Below are positions 13,201 to 25,449 of a stretch of 64,000 nt of DNA, piece by piece. The notes below the pieces were generated by a model. That model worked only from the letters and a program-made list of their open reading frames with translations, ran no database searches and was not told the DNA's origin. A program made the position numbers and the translations under genes. Source of the stretch: Psammoneis japonica (Eukaryota); NCBI GenBank assembly GCA_008632985.1, contig QPGO01000262.1, forward strand, positions 1-64,000. Reading direction: 5' to 3'. Within the stretch, counting starts at the first letter, position 1; the number at the start of each line of letters is the position of its first letter.

Positions 13201-15052
13201 CAAGTTTGGCAACTTTGGCGACTTTGGTGAGTTTGACCACTTTGGCAAGTTTGGTGACTTTGGTGACTTTGGCAAGTTTGGCGACTTTGGCAAGTTTGGC
13301 AGCTTTGGCAAGTTTGTCAACTTTGGCGAATTTGGCAACTTTGGCAAGTTTAGCAACTTTGGCAAGTTTGGAGAGACTGGCGAGTTTAACAACTTTGGCA
13401 AGTTTGGTGAGTTTGGCGAGTTTGGCAACTTTGGTGAGTTTGGTGACTTTGGCGAGTTTGGCAACTTTGGCAAGTTTGGCAAGCTTTGGTGAGTTTGGCA
13501 AGTTTGGTGAGTTTGGCGAGTTTGACAACTTTGGCAAGTTTGGCAACTTTGGCGAGTTTGGCAACTTTGGCGAGTTTGGCGAGTTTTGCAACTTTGGCAA
13601 CTTTGGTGACTTTGGCAACTTTGGTGACTTTGGCAAGTTTGGCAACTTTGGTGAGTTTGGCAACTTTGGCGAGTTTGGCAACTTTTGCAAGTTTGGTGAG
13701 TTTGGCGAGTTTGACATTTTTGGCAACTTTGGCAAGTTTGGCGAGTTTGGCAACTTTGGCTGCTTTGGTGAGTTTGACAACTTTGGCAAGTTTGGTGACT
13801 TTGGCAAGTTTGGTGATTTTGGCAAGTTTGGCAAGTTTGGCAGCTTTGGCAAGTTTGTCAACTTTGGCAAGTTTGGCAACTTTGGCAAGTTTAGCAACTT
13901 TGGCAAGTTTGGTGAGTTTGACAACTTTGGCAAGTTTGGTGAGTTTGGCGAGTTTGGCAACTTTGGTGACTTTGGTGACTTTGGCAAGTTTGGCAACTTT
14001 GGCGAGTTTGGCAACTTTGGCAAGTTTGGTGAGTTTGGCGTGTTTGGCAACTTTGGTGAGTTTGGCGAGTTTGACAACTTTGGCAAGTTTGGCGAGTTTG
14101 GCGAGTTTGGCAACTTTGGCGAGTTTGACAACTTTGGTGACTTTGGCAACTTTGGTGACTTTGGCAAGTTTGGCAACTTTGGCAAATTTGGCAACTTTGG
14201 CGAGTTTGGCAACTTTGGTGAGTTTGGCAACTTTTGCAAGTTTGGTGAGTTTGGCGAGTTTGGCAACTTTGGTGAGTTTGGCGAGTTTGACATTTTTGGC
14301 AACTTTGGCAAGTTTGGCGAGTTTGGCAACTTTGGCGACTTTGGTGAGTTTGACAACTTTGGCAAGTTTGGTGACTTTGGTGACTTTGGCAAGTTTGGTG
14401 ACTTTGGCAAGTTTGGCAAGTTTGGCAAGTTTGTCAACTTTGGTGAGTTTGTCAACTTTGGCAAGTTTGTCAACTTTGGCAAGTTTGGTGAGTTTGGCGA
14501 GTTTGGCAACTTTGGCAAGTTTGGCGAGTTTGACATTTTTGGCAACTTTGGTGAGTTTGGCGAGTTTGACATTTTTGGCAAGTTTGGTGACTTTGGTGAG
14601 TTTGGCAACTTTGGCAAGTTTGGCAAGTTTGGCAACTTTGGCGAGTTTGACAACTTTGGTGACTTTGGCAACTTTGGCAACTTTGGCAACTTTGGTGACT
14701 TTGGCAACTTTGGCAACTTTGGCGAGTTTGGCAACTTTGGCAACTTTGGCAAGTTTGGTGAGTTTGGCGAGTTTGGCAACTTTGGTGAGTTTGGCGAGTT
14801 TGACATTTTTGGCAACTTTGGCAAGTTTGGCGAAGTTGGCAACTTTGGCGACTTTGGCGAGTTTGACAACTTTGGCAAGTTTGGCGACTTTGGTGACTTT
14901 GGCAAGTTTGGTGACTTTGGCAACTTTGGCGAGTTTGTCAACTTTGGTGAGTTTGTCAACTTTGGCAAGTTTGGTGAGTTTGGCGAGTTTTGCAAGTTTG
15001 GTGAGTTTGGCAAGTTTGGTGGCTTTGGTGACTCATTTTTCAAGTTTGGCAA
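13201..15052 (+). repeat. 9-bp tandem satellite array (~1.85 kb)
   Basis: Same unit and orientation as 3543-4400, with recurring sub-blocks marked by the variants tttgacatt, tttgtcaac and ttttgcaag. Confidence 0.97.
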
Positions 15053-16688
15053 GTTGAGCAAGGCATGCACAGCCAGCTGCAGTTGATGCCAAAGAACTGG
15101 AAGATCTTCCACAAGCATTTCTGGGTCATCAAGATCCCATTTCACATCTGTGGCACAAATCTGAAATGACGGATTTGTCATGCACAAGCTGTCCCAAGTG
15201 CGGTGGGGTCTGCACAGGGGCCAGCGATGACTTGGAGAATGGTTGACAGCACACCAGCCATGCGGCAGCTCTTGTCAGAAAAGGATGCTTCTGGCAAAGG
15301 AGCAGCTGAGAGACATGGACAAAATGAGGCAGGTTGGGATTGATTGTGCCAACATGTCATCCGCTGGCCCATTCTTTTTGCCAGCCAAGTTGCCGCTTGG
15401 GAATTGATGCCAACACCCCCACAAGGCAAAGTGCAGACCAAATGCACAAATGCCATTGTCATTGAGGAGAGCTGGCAGTGCCCAGATTGCACCAACCAGA
15501 GCTGACCACATTGTCAACTCGGTGTTGAGGTGGATCAAATTTTTGGGGGCACCACGGGGAAAAAGGCAGGCCAACAGTTCCAGATCCATGGATTTGCCAA
15601 CAGATTTCATGAAAGTGACCATGCCGGCAAACAGGAGGAGGGCAACAACAAAACTGAGAGCATTGTCAGAAACCTGTTCTTGGGACCACGAGAACAAGGT
15701 CAAACCTCAGCTTGCAATGGGGCTCCACAGTGCAAGGAACCAAAGTTGAAATTCCCGGCAGCAAACGCCACCAAGTTTTTTTGCATCACCAATTCCTTGG
15801 CAGTGCGGATCACATGGGACAATGGCCTCAATCTTCATCACAAAAGGGTGTGCAGTGCTTTTGGCACAGCCCAAAAGACAGAAAATGGACAAGCAAAATT
15901 CAAGAGACACTGCCGTCTTGAGATGCAGATGATCGCATCCGGACAATCTGTTGTCATGAGCACATTCTCCAAAAAGCCTTTTGGTCTGTGGGGCTGGTGC
16001 AAAAGCTTTGGGCCATTGATGAGAGCTCATTCGGAGAAACCAAAAATCACAGAGCAAAATTTAATCTCGCAATTTCCACTTTTTGCACTTTGTTCTGCTT
16101 TTGTTTGTGCTTGCACTTCGAGCACAGTGCATTGCGCACACACACCACAGAAGGTGAAAATGTGGAAAATGAAAGTTTCAACTGACGCACCTTTGCAAAT
16201 TCTTCTGTGAGCAGGAACAAATCACATCAGCTCTGCTGGATTTGATTTCTGAGCAGAAGAAGCTCAACCCAAGCAGCATCTCAAGATGGAACACTGTTTT
16301 TTTGTCTGCAAGACAAGAGGATTTGTTCTGATGCCATCCATTCCAAGCAACTCAGGATCAAGGACTCTGCAAGTGCACAGCATTGTTGAAACATCTACAC
16401 CAAGTCATGGCTGGATGGAGTTTCAGATCAAGAGTCAATCAGGTCCAAGAAACACATCTGGTGTGCAAGGAGAGACCATTGGAGAGTTTTTTTAGACCAA
16501 ATCGACGAGCCTTGAGTCCAAGAGCAAGAAGGAACTGTTGAAAAGTGCCCTCAACTCATGTCTTCCAAGGAAATGCACTTCAGAATCAGAGTTGTTGTTT
16601 TCAAGATGATCTGAACAAACCAGAGCAGCTTGACAACAAGAAAGCCTCTGCTGAACCCAAGAGGTCAATGATGAGCATCTGTGTGGCC

Positions 16689-16948
16689 GGCCTGTTCCAG
16701 CTCCAGGTGCTCTGCTTTTCATCATGCGAGAGGCCGATTTTCTGCACAGTTCAGCGCAATTGACTCCTTCAATTTTGATCTTTTCAAAAATTGAAAGGTG
16801 AGTGTGCACCCAAAAATGCATGTGGAGTGTACACTTGCCCTTTGATTTGGCAAAAAACGGATTTGGAAAAAGTCAATTGCGCCAAATGCACAAATTTCCA
16901 AATGATGGGAATCGAACCCGCGCGGAGCACCTGGAGCTGGAACAGGCC
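16689..16948. mobile_element. 260-bp MITE, family 1, copy 1 (TIR GGCCTGTTCCAGCTCCAGGTGCTC, TSD GGCC)
   Basis: 24-bp TIRs at both ends and 4-bp direct flanks ggcc. A second, inverted copy lies at 48977-49236. Confidence 0.9.
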
Positions 16949-17310
16949 GGCCCTTCAATCGATTCCAAGTTGAGTCCAGCGGGAAGCCGACTGTCCAAAA
17001 TGCTGGGCTGTTGGAGCATGGTGCCATTGATGAGCTGATTGAGCTCTGGAACATTTGGAGGTCGTCAAAGACGTCCACAACACAAAAAATGTCAAATCAG
17101 ACTCTGACAGCAAGGTTGGCTCCAAAACCAAAATGGCTCCAAGTTTGGTTCCGAAAATGGTCTCCCACATGGCACCTGAACAATCCAAAGTGAACGAAAG
17201 GTGCCATCTTTGAAAAAGAACACCCACATCATGGATTGAAGTCATTCTGCAAAAAAACCAGCAAAAGAGTGCATGGGTGGCTCTGAAAGAGACCCAAAAA
17301 TGTGATGCTC

Positions 17311-17699
17311 GATGGGCTCCAGTCCTGGGTGGGACTTTTTGTGACATTTGCCCTGCAGAATTCTGCGTGCAAGCTCTGCAGTTTGTACTCTGGTTGATGG
17401 ACACACTCATCTTCGACATGAAAAAAACGGCCAAGTTTGTGGCACATCTGTCCCTGTTCGCACTCGAAGTTTTGGACAATGCGCCTGCCCTGCGCCATTC
17501 TTAAGACACTCGAGAATGGCGTAGAAGAAAAAAATGTCAAAAGTTGTTCAATGGACAGCCTGACAATTGCACTGTAAAATCATGCAAAATTTCGCCAAAA
17601 TGACGCAGAAATGTGCGTGCGCGACATACGACGCGATTCAAAGAACTGTCGATGTCACAGTTCAGTGGTGCGAGGTCCCAGCTAGACCTGGAACGCGTC
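17311..17699. mobile_element. ~390-bp MITE, family 2 (GAC...GTC ends, TSD GCTC)
   Basis: gctc|gatgggctccagtcctgggtggga ... tcccagctagacctggaacgcgtc|gctc; homologous to 22643-23038 and 60812-61208. Confidence 0.8.
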
Positions 17700-19269
17700 G
17701 CTCTAACAGCAATCGCACTCGGTCACGTGGCGACAGCAGGGGTGCCTCTGTGAAAGAGGAGTTGAATGCCACAGCGACTGGGCAGTTCACAATGACATTT
17801 AAAATGAGTTCCTTGGCAAAGGAATGTAAAAACAAAGAGCAAAAATTGTGACTCCAAAATGCTCAGTGAACAAAACCATCAATTTGGAAAAATTGATCCG
17901 ATCAATTCCGGTCAAAGATTCACACCGCTCGAGGGGTGCAACGCATTGCAGGACATCTGGAAACCCAGAAAAAGCATCACAGCATGTCACACCAGTCCCA
18001 CTGTTGCTGTTTGCACAGATGCTTCTCTGAGAAAAGCAAAAAACAATCTTCAACACCGTTCTTTTTTTGACAAAGAACATCGTCAACCGCAACTTTGCGC
18101 AAATTCATGTGGAAGTTGAGAAATGAGAAATCCACCAACAAAACTTGGGGAACCAAGAGCAACTCTTCACAACTGACAGTTGCTGTTCAGCGCAATTCTC
18201 TTTGCCTGAATTTGACAATCACACGATGACATTGACAACAGCAAACATTGACAACACCCAATCTTTTTCAAGCCCACATGATGTGATCACATGAGACTCA
18301 ACTCAATGTCCAGTCTTGCAACAACATTGGACTGTGCAAATGAAGAAATCAAACAGAAAAGCAGCTCCACCTGTGAAGAATGCCGGTGTGCTCTTCAGCG
18401 CCAATGTTTTCCGGCTGAAAACCAATCACATTGAAAAATGTGATGCCATGAACAGAGTTGATGATGGGGCCAAAATGGTCCTTGACTCACATTGTCATGC
18501 CATCGACTCCAATCAAGTGACAGCTGCAGCAATGCATCTGACCCAAAAGAGTGCAACCAACTCAATCTTCTTCTTGAGAGGTTTGAAATTCTTCTGAAAA
18601 GTTCCTCAGACAAATGAACGGGAAGAACCAGCGGATCTCCTGACCATGAAAAATCCGACGGAATTCCACCATGCATGAGAACCTTTTCCTGTCACAGTCT
18701 TTGGAGGCATCCAACCAAAAGGAATTTGACCTGTCATGAGAGATTGAAGTCCCAAAAATGAAACTGCTCTGAACAAGTCACTCTGAGACTCATTGTCCAA
18801 AGAAAAAGGGACAAGTTTGACCTCATCTGACACTCAGAAGTGCGGCAAAAGGTTTGCACACGTGGTGCATCCTCTGCCCAATGTTTGGGATCACTGTTGA
18901 AGCAAAAAACACTTCATGTGTGCAATCTGTTTGATTCAAACATGGAACGCCACCATGTCAAATCAAAAAAGCACACATCATGCTCACACAAAAATGGCGC
19001 CATGGGGAGAAAATGAGTGCTGTGGACCTCTGATGAGAATCTGCAGAGCCCCAGTTGTTTTCACACACAACACATGAGCGAACTCATGACAGGTTTGGAG
19101 TTGTCAGAATGACTGCAAATGGTCGTTCATGCCTGACAAAAAGTGACTTCAAAATGTCACCTGTGCAAGCAACACTTGAAATGGCATTCACACGACCAGA
19201 GCAGTTGCTTTGAAGGTCAGCAACAAAAGTCCTTCACTGCTCAACTTGAAACAAACTGTCAAGACTTCC

Positions 19270-20720
19270 ATGCTCAATGGCACACATCCAATTGCAAAGA
19301 AAATGGAGGCGATTCAGGCAACTGCAATGCCAAGCATCTTGTCGACATGCATTGCTGTTGTCAAGACATGCAGTCTCAACAATGTCCTGTGCATCACAAG
19401 CCAAGTCCACCTCACAAAGGTCAAACGGCAAAAGGACAAGTGTGGAAAAAAAGACTCCAAAAATGTGGAGCACATCACATCAAAAACCACATTGTTGTCA
19501 CACCCAAATTTCAACATTCCCTTTGAGACATGTGCCAATGCAAATGATTCTCAATGGTTGGGGAACAGTTGCAACACAATGGAAAAAGAACTTCTGTCCA
19601 CAGTGGAAACACTTGAAAAATTCCGGAACATGCTGTTTGGCCAACAGATTGATGTGTGCATGGACCACAAGACACAACGGACAAAGCAATGCATTGGTGA
19701 CTTACAATGGAAAAATGCAGTCCCGAAATGATGTGCATTGAGGGCAAGGCAAACGTTGTCAGAGACACAATCAGCCAACTGCCATGGAAAATTGAACCCC
19801 ATGACAATGTCCTGCCGTCAAAATGGGACAAAGACATTTCCCTCCAAATTGTCGGACACAACATGTCACACGAAGACTGTTCTTGGAGGCAAGCGAGATT
19901 GAAAAAAATGTTCATGTCATGAGGAAAACATTGTCTTGAGAAAGGACGATTGGGAAAAAACAGTGACAGATTGGTGCGCGATTGTGGCGCCCACTTCACA
20001 CTGGCAAAAAAGACAAGAATCTCACAACACCCACATGATTGCAATGTGCAATGTGCAAGGCAAGACACAAATGATGTTGTCATGTCTGCACATGAGATGT
20101 GCCAAAGATTCAGAAACAAAACACACACAAGAAAAATGGATGAAAGCAGTGCCTTCGGAATGACAAAATGACGCTGGTGTGTCAAAAAGAAACATCCAAA
20201 CAACGACCAAAATCCAACTGAAAGATGGTTGAAGTGCAAAAAAAAAAACATGATGGAATTCACGACCATCACATGATCAACCATCAAGACAAAATGGTTG
20301 TGTCCTTGACCATCGTCAATTGCTTGTGAAATGTGGCAGTGCAGCAGAGCAGCATGGCACACAAAGTGAGCCCGCCAAGTGCACAAAATGCACAAGCAAG
20401 TGAGTGCCACAATCAAGAGCATGCATCAAGTGCTGGACAAGATGCCGTGTGCAATCGATGTCATGAAAGACACAGCAGGACAATTGGTCCTTGTGCCCAC
20501 ATGAACAAAACAACGTCAGAGAGAGTGCTTGCTGCGATGCTGCATGTGTGCACATGGAGCGAGAAACAAACAACAACACTCTCAAAAGACATTTGGAAAT
20601 TGGAGCAGCCCTGCATGTGCTGGCATGTGCAAACAACAACAGCCATTGCTGGTGGCACAATGCAGTTGACTTGGAGACATTGTTCACCATGTCAATGTCC
20701 GTCGAACAACTCCACTTGAC
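19270..20720 (+). pseudogene. Degraded Ty3/gypsy pol (RT end, RNase H, integrase C-terminus)
   Basis: LLSHPNFNIPFETCANAND...MEKELLSTVETLEKFRNMLFGQQIDVCMDHK, then CSPEMMCIEGKANVVRDTISQLP, then KLEQPC. Confidence 0.8.
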
Positions 20721-20741
20721 GAGTGACTCTAATGTGCAATT

Positions 20742-21090
20742 GGGGAGGCGAGCGCAGCATGCAACTGTCATGCGCACGTGCAATTGTGCGCAACATTGTT
20801 TGTGTGTCAATTGCACCACAGTTGTGGATGCGTGCAAAGAACAGAACAACCACACAGAGTTGATCGGAAGTCAAAAATTGCAAACACAATTGATCGACAA
20901 TGTTGACATCTTGCGTGTCAATGGCAGTCACATCCACACAATCTGTTGTCACAAGCACATTTGCCAACAGGCTTTTTGAAGTGCAAAAGCTTCAGGCCAT
21001 TGAGAACTCATTCAGAGAAACCAAAAATCACAGAGCAAAATTTGGTCTCACAATTTCCACTTTTTGCACTTTGTTCTGCTTTTGTTCATG
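20742..21090 (+). mobile_element. Polypurine tract and 3' LTR-like segment of a gypsy element
   Basis: ggggaggcgag follows the integrase end. The downstream sequence recurs inverted at ~62990-63365 and partly at ~16005-16125. Confidence 0.6.
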
Positions 21091-22642
21091 CTCATGCTTC
21101 AAGCACAGAGTGCAGCTGCTGACAGCATGCCAGAAAATGGGTTGTCTGTGTCCAGGGGGGCGCGCTTTGCAGGTCAAATGCATGCAGCACATTGCCCAGT
21201 GCTTGGTGCATGCATTCAATGACTGCATTTGCTCGTGGATTTTGTGCAGCTGTGGCTTGCATTTTGTGCCATGGTTCTCTCCAACCATGACTCTGAGCTG
21301 GTTTTCTGAGTTGGTGTCCAGCAAACTCACTTCCACTGTCACACGCAATTGACTTGCACAATTTTTGCGTGGTCTCTGACTTACAATCAAGCAATGGGAA
21401 TCATTGAAAAATGTTGCAAGAGTCACAATTGGCATTTCACACAGGGAAAAATGCCAAATCGTGTGGAAGTGTGTGTGCAATGTCGTGTGAGAGGGTGACT
21501 GGAGCCAGCAACTTTTCGGGAACTCAACTGAAATGTTGTCTGACCAAGGGTGTTTTGATTTGCATGGTGAAGAGCAGCACCTTTGGTCAGATGACATTCC
21601 AGCTGATTTCCCAAGAAGTTGACACTCGAGCGCGGATGGGCAGACAGACTGGCAGCAATTGTTTCTGGTGCTCTTCCACACAATTTCTGCACAATGACTC
21701 TGAGGGCCACAATGGCTCCTGTTGTTTCTCCACCAAAAGCACAGACTTGCACAAATTTGAGTCTTTTGCAACACTGACAAGATTTGCGTCAGTGCTGCAA
21801 TGTCGTTGTTTTTGTGCAATGCATGTTTTTTGTTGCAACAAACGAGCCAAAACACAGCTGTTGATTTTTGGCAAAATCATTGCCGCCATTTTGATGTCAA
21901 CACAAATGTTTTTTCCATGATGCCATCTGCCAGCACATCTTTCACCTGCTGACAAATCTCTGTGTGAAGTGCACTTGCATGCAATCAGCATTGAGCCCAC
22001 TGAGAGAGTTCATGATGCATGTCCCGTGAGGGCTTGTGCGCCAACCAAAAACCAATTGAATGTTCACACTGCAGACACCTGCAAAAAACACATTCACTTG
22101 AGCATTTTGCATGCAAATGCTTTTGATCCAGGTTTGTTGCTGGCACTGCAGGCACCTGCAAAAAACACACTCGCTTGAGCATTTTGCACGCAAATGCTGC
22201 GCGCACAAGAGACACATGATTTGTGCTCAAAATTGGTTGTCGTTTTGTGCGTCACCTGGGACTTGAACATGTCTGGCCAAGGACATCTGCCCAGCCACAT
22301 CTGTTCCAATGATCCAGCAACAGCTGCGGATTTGCTTTTTGCTGGGATCTCCACAACTTCAAACCATCCTGTTGCTGGATCAGCCATTGTCAAACATTTC
22401 AGGGCTGGGAGTCTCTTCTTTCCCTTGCCATGCATCTTGTGTGGCCCAACAAGATCCACACACAGTCGTCCCCACGGCACTGCTTCTGCACACTTGGGAA
22501 GCAAATGCCCACATTTCTTCTGTCTCTTTTTGAACTCTTGGCATGCCTCACATTTGGACAATTTTCTTCTGTTTTCACACAAGGCAGACCACCACAAGTG
22601 TTGTGAGATTGCTTCTTCAGCTCCATTTGTGCCTTTGGTGGT

Positions 22643-23038
22643 GACGCGTTCCAGCCCCAGGTGGGAGCTCGCAGTGCTGACGTGTGACACAAATCATTTT
22701 TATCATCCGTCACATGTTTTGCACGTGCATTTCTATGTGTGACATTAAAAAAAAATTGTCCAGACTCGCTGTCTTGCGAAGCCCCAGACGTTTTACACAA
22801 CAAATTTACAGAAACAACAACAAGCCAGTTGCATTCTTCAACATCTGAAGAATGTAACTGGCCAAGTAAAAAATGATGTGCTTCAATCATGGGCGAGTTT
22901 GTGCGTTCGCAAAATTGCCTCATTTTCTGTTGGCGATCATTGACATTTTAATTGCCGCACAATTTTACTGCGGAGCTCGCACGTAGAAGTCTACGGGCCC
23001 AATGTCACACGGATTCCCACCTGTGTCTGGAACACGTC
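22643..23038. mobile_element. 396-bp MITE, family 2 (TSD TGGT), inserted in the gypsy integrase region
   Basis: tggt|gacgcgttccagccccaggtggga ... tcccacctgtgtctggaacacgtc|tggt. Confidence 0.88.
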
Positions 23039-23146
23039 TGGTGGATTTCTTCACTCTCATTTTCGCGTGAATTTGCACAAAATTGTGGTTGACAATGATC
23101 CGCCATCAAGAAGAACGTGTGGAGGCTCATTCTTTGCTTTGCCTGG

Positions 23147-23631
23147 GGCGTTTTCTGGCTGCACCTGAACCAAAATGTGAAGAAAAATGACATTTGCACA
23201 ATTTTTGCACGGTCTCTGACTTGCGAATGAGCTTTCACCACAAAAGGCACAGATTTGTTCAAATTTTGATGTTTTGCAACACTGACAAGACTCGTGTCAG
23301 TGTTGCAACATCATTGTTTTTGTGCAGTCAATGTTTTTTCATTGCGATGAATGAGTTGCAACACAACGGACAATTTTTGCCAAAACCTTTGAGGATTTGC
23401 ACACTGTCAATGTTCAAAAGTCAGCACAAAACATTTCTGTGTGCATTTTGCAGCAGCGGCCCACCTGCACAAAATTCTCTGCAATGTGAGTTCTGACACA
23501 TGCTTGCATTGAACACAAAAGCCAGAGTGCGCAGTCATTTTTATGAGCAGCCTCAATGCAGCACAAAGCTTGTGCAAATCATGTTCAAAAGGGGCTGTCA
23601 TTTTGTGCATCACCTGGGACTGGAACATGTC
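23147..23631. mobile_element. MITE, family 3 (related TIR; end cacctgggactggaacatgtc)
   Basis: Internal sequence is homologous to 62276-62851 and 21353-22273; flanks ctgg/ctga. Confidence 0.6.
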
Positions 23632-25449
23632 CTGAAGAGGCGCTCATGCAAGCAACAACTGCTGGACTGGCACAAATTGCTTTGATCCTTTTTCTGGGCT
23701 TTCCAACGTCCAGCAGTGCGCAAGACTCCTTGAGCGGTGCCAGTCATTCTTCAGAATTGCTGCACGTCATTTTTTGAACTGACAACTCTTTTTGCTGAGA
23801 CTGTCAGAATCACATCCCCTGCTCTTGCACTGTGCACTGTTGTTTGAAAAACTTGTCTTGAGTGTTTTTTGAAGTGTCTGAAGAGCCATGGCATTCAACT
23901 CTTCTTTGAGAGCAGCGCTGTCATTGTTGCGATGCAATCACATGTGATTGCCATTCAAACAATGCCGTTTTGGATCACATTTGCAATTTTCATGGCGTTC
24001 TTTTGATGCCAGATTGGCGGCCAATTTTGGGACCATGGTTTGACCCATCTTTGGCTTTTGATCCAGGTTTGTTGCTGGCATCAGCCTTGCCATGAGTGGA
24101 GTCCAAGGCATCCTCAGCAACCTCCAGATGCTCCAAAAACTTGACCAACTTGTTGAAGGCATGCTTCAAAATTTTGAAACCTTGAAGGGTCAACTGGCAC
24201 TGCCATTTGCAAGGTGCAAGGTTGTGGAGGACATCCTTGAGCTCATCCTCCTTGATGCTCTGATCTTCTTCAAAAGGAGGGCAGAGCTTGAGGTCTTCAT
24301 TGACTTCTCAGACCCAAGCAGCAATTTCCCTGATCTTCGTGCTCTCTGGTTTCTTGAGATCATGCCACAGATGATGCTTTTGAATCTGAGGTGCATTTTT
24401 TTTTGGAAGACATGTCTCAATTGCAAGGCACTGTTGACAATTTTTGAAGGCTGTGGTTCTCAGGTTTGCAAGCACCCTTTTTTCCAACAAATGCCTGAGT
24501 TTGTGCAAGTCAAGAGCATGTCACAATGAAGCAAGTTTGGCGCAAATCATCAGTCAGTTGACAGCTGTTGAGTGCTCCATTTGTTGTTCGCAACCAACTG
24601 GCCAAGAACTGGTTGGTTGGCTGGTGTTTTTGAATGACTGATTTGGTGCAATGCAGTGCTGCAGCTCAGCTTCAATCCGGGCATTGCTCCCATGCTCTTT
24701 CTTGGAATCTTGGCTGCATCCAGCCCCACGTGCACCCTCTTCTGCTGCCAATGGAGCAGCCCACCATGAATTGCTTGAGTTGTCTCATGCACTGTCTCTC
24801 AATGCAGCCAGCTCCTTGTTGGCCATTGGTTGTTGGGTTGTTCCCTGTGACTTTTGAGCTCACAACTTGTGACTTCTGTCAAGAAAGTGCACAGTTGTTC
24901 CCTTGTTTTCTGCTCTTCTCAAACCTTCTTGAGATGTCATTGTTGCACTTTTCTTGTTTGGCTTCTCCCTTGCTTGTTCCTTGAACTCCTCTTCTGCCAT
25001 TTTTTGTGTGGCCCTTTGTTCTGTTGGTTCTTGGGGGGGTCTTTCTCCAACAGATCTGCTCCACATGCAGCCCCAGGTGATGCACACAACAACAACCCAC
25101 TTGTTTAAGTGCAAACTGTGTGTCATTTGTGTTTGGGTCATTTCTCACAGAAACAGCTCACACAGATGAGCTTTTGTGTGTGTCCAGAGCATGGGCAGTC
25201 ATTGAGCATTTGTTTTCAACAGCACTCAAGCCCCCATGGGGCACCCACCATCAATTTCTCAGTGGGCTCAGCGCTGGTTGTGAGACAGCACATTGGGCAC
25301 AATGAATCTTGTGCCAGCAGAGCCCCTTCAGGAAAACACCACAAGTGAGCATTTTGTGCTCACATGCAAAATTTTGATGCGCGCAAATCTTCGACATTTT
25401 TGTTGAAAATGATCCACTGTGTTGAGACTCATTTGTCACTTGTCACAAT

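Larger units (their letters stand above)
21092..24900 (-). mobile_element. Ty3/gypsy remnant (gag ~24000-24900; integrase 21092-22642) split by nested MITEs
   Basis: gag-like KKPESTKIRE..EDELKDVLH..WQCQLTLQGF..LVKFLEHLE. The integrase CVDLVGPH..MADPATGWFEVVEIP..WLGRCPWP resumes as SIACDSGSEF..NPRANAVIECMHQALGN after an insertion at ~21353-22273. Confidence 0.8.

Noticed and set aside
13112..15187. 654-691 aa repetitive ORFs; possible telomere or CRISPR array
   Set aside because: Same satellite. There are no unique spacers, the unit is not TTAGGG-like, and the array is interstitial.
16900..16925. tRNA gene suggested by GGTTCGATTCCC
   Set aside because: No A-box, acceptor stem or cloverleaf, and it lies within a MITE.
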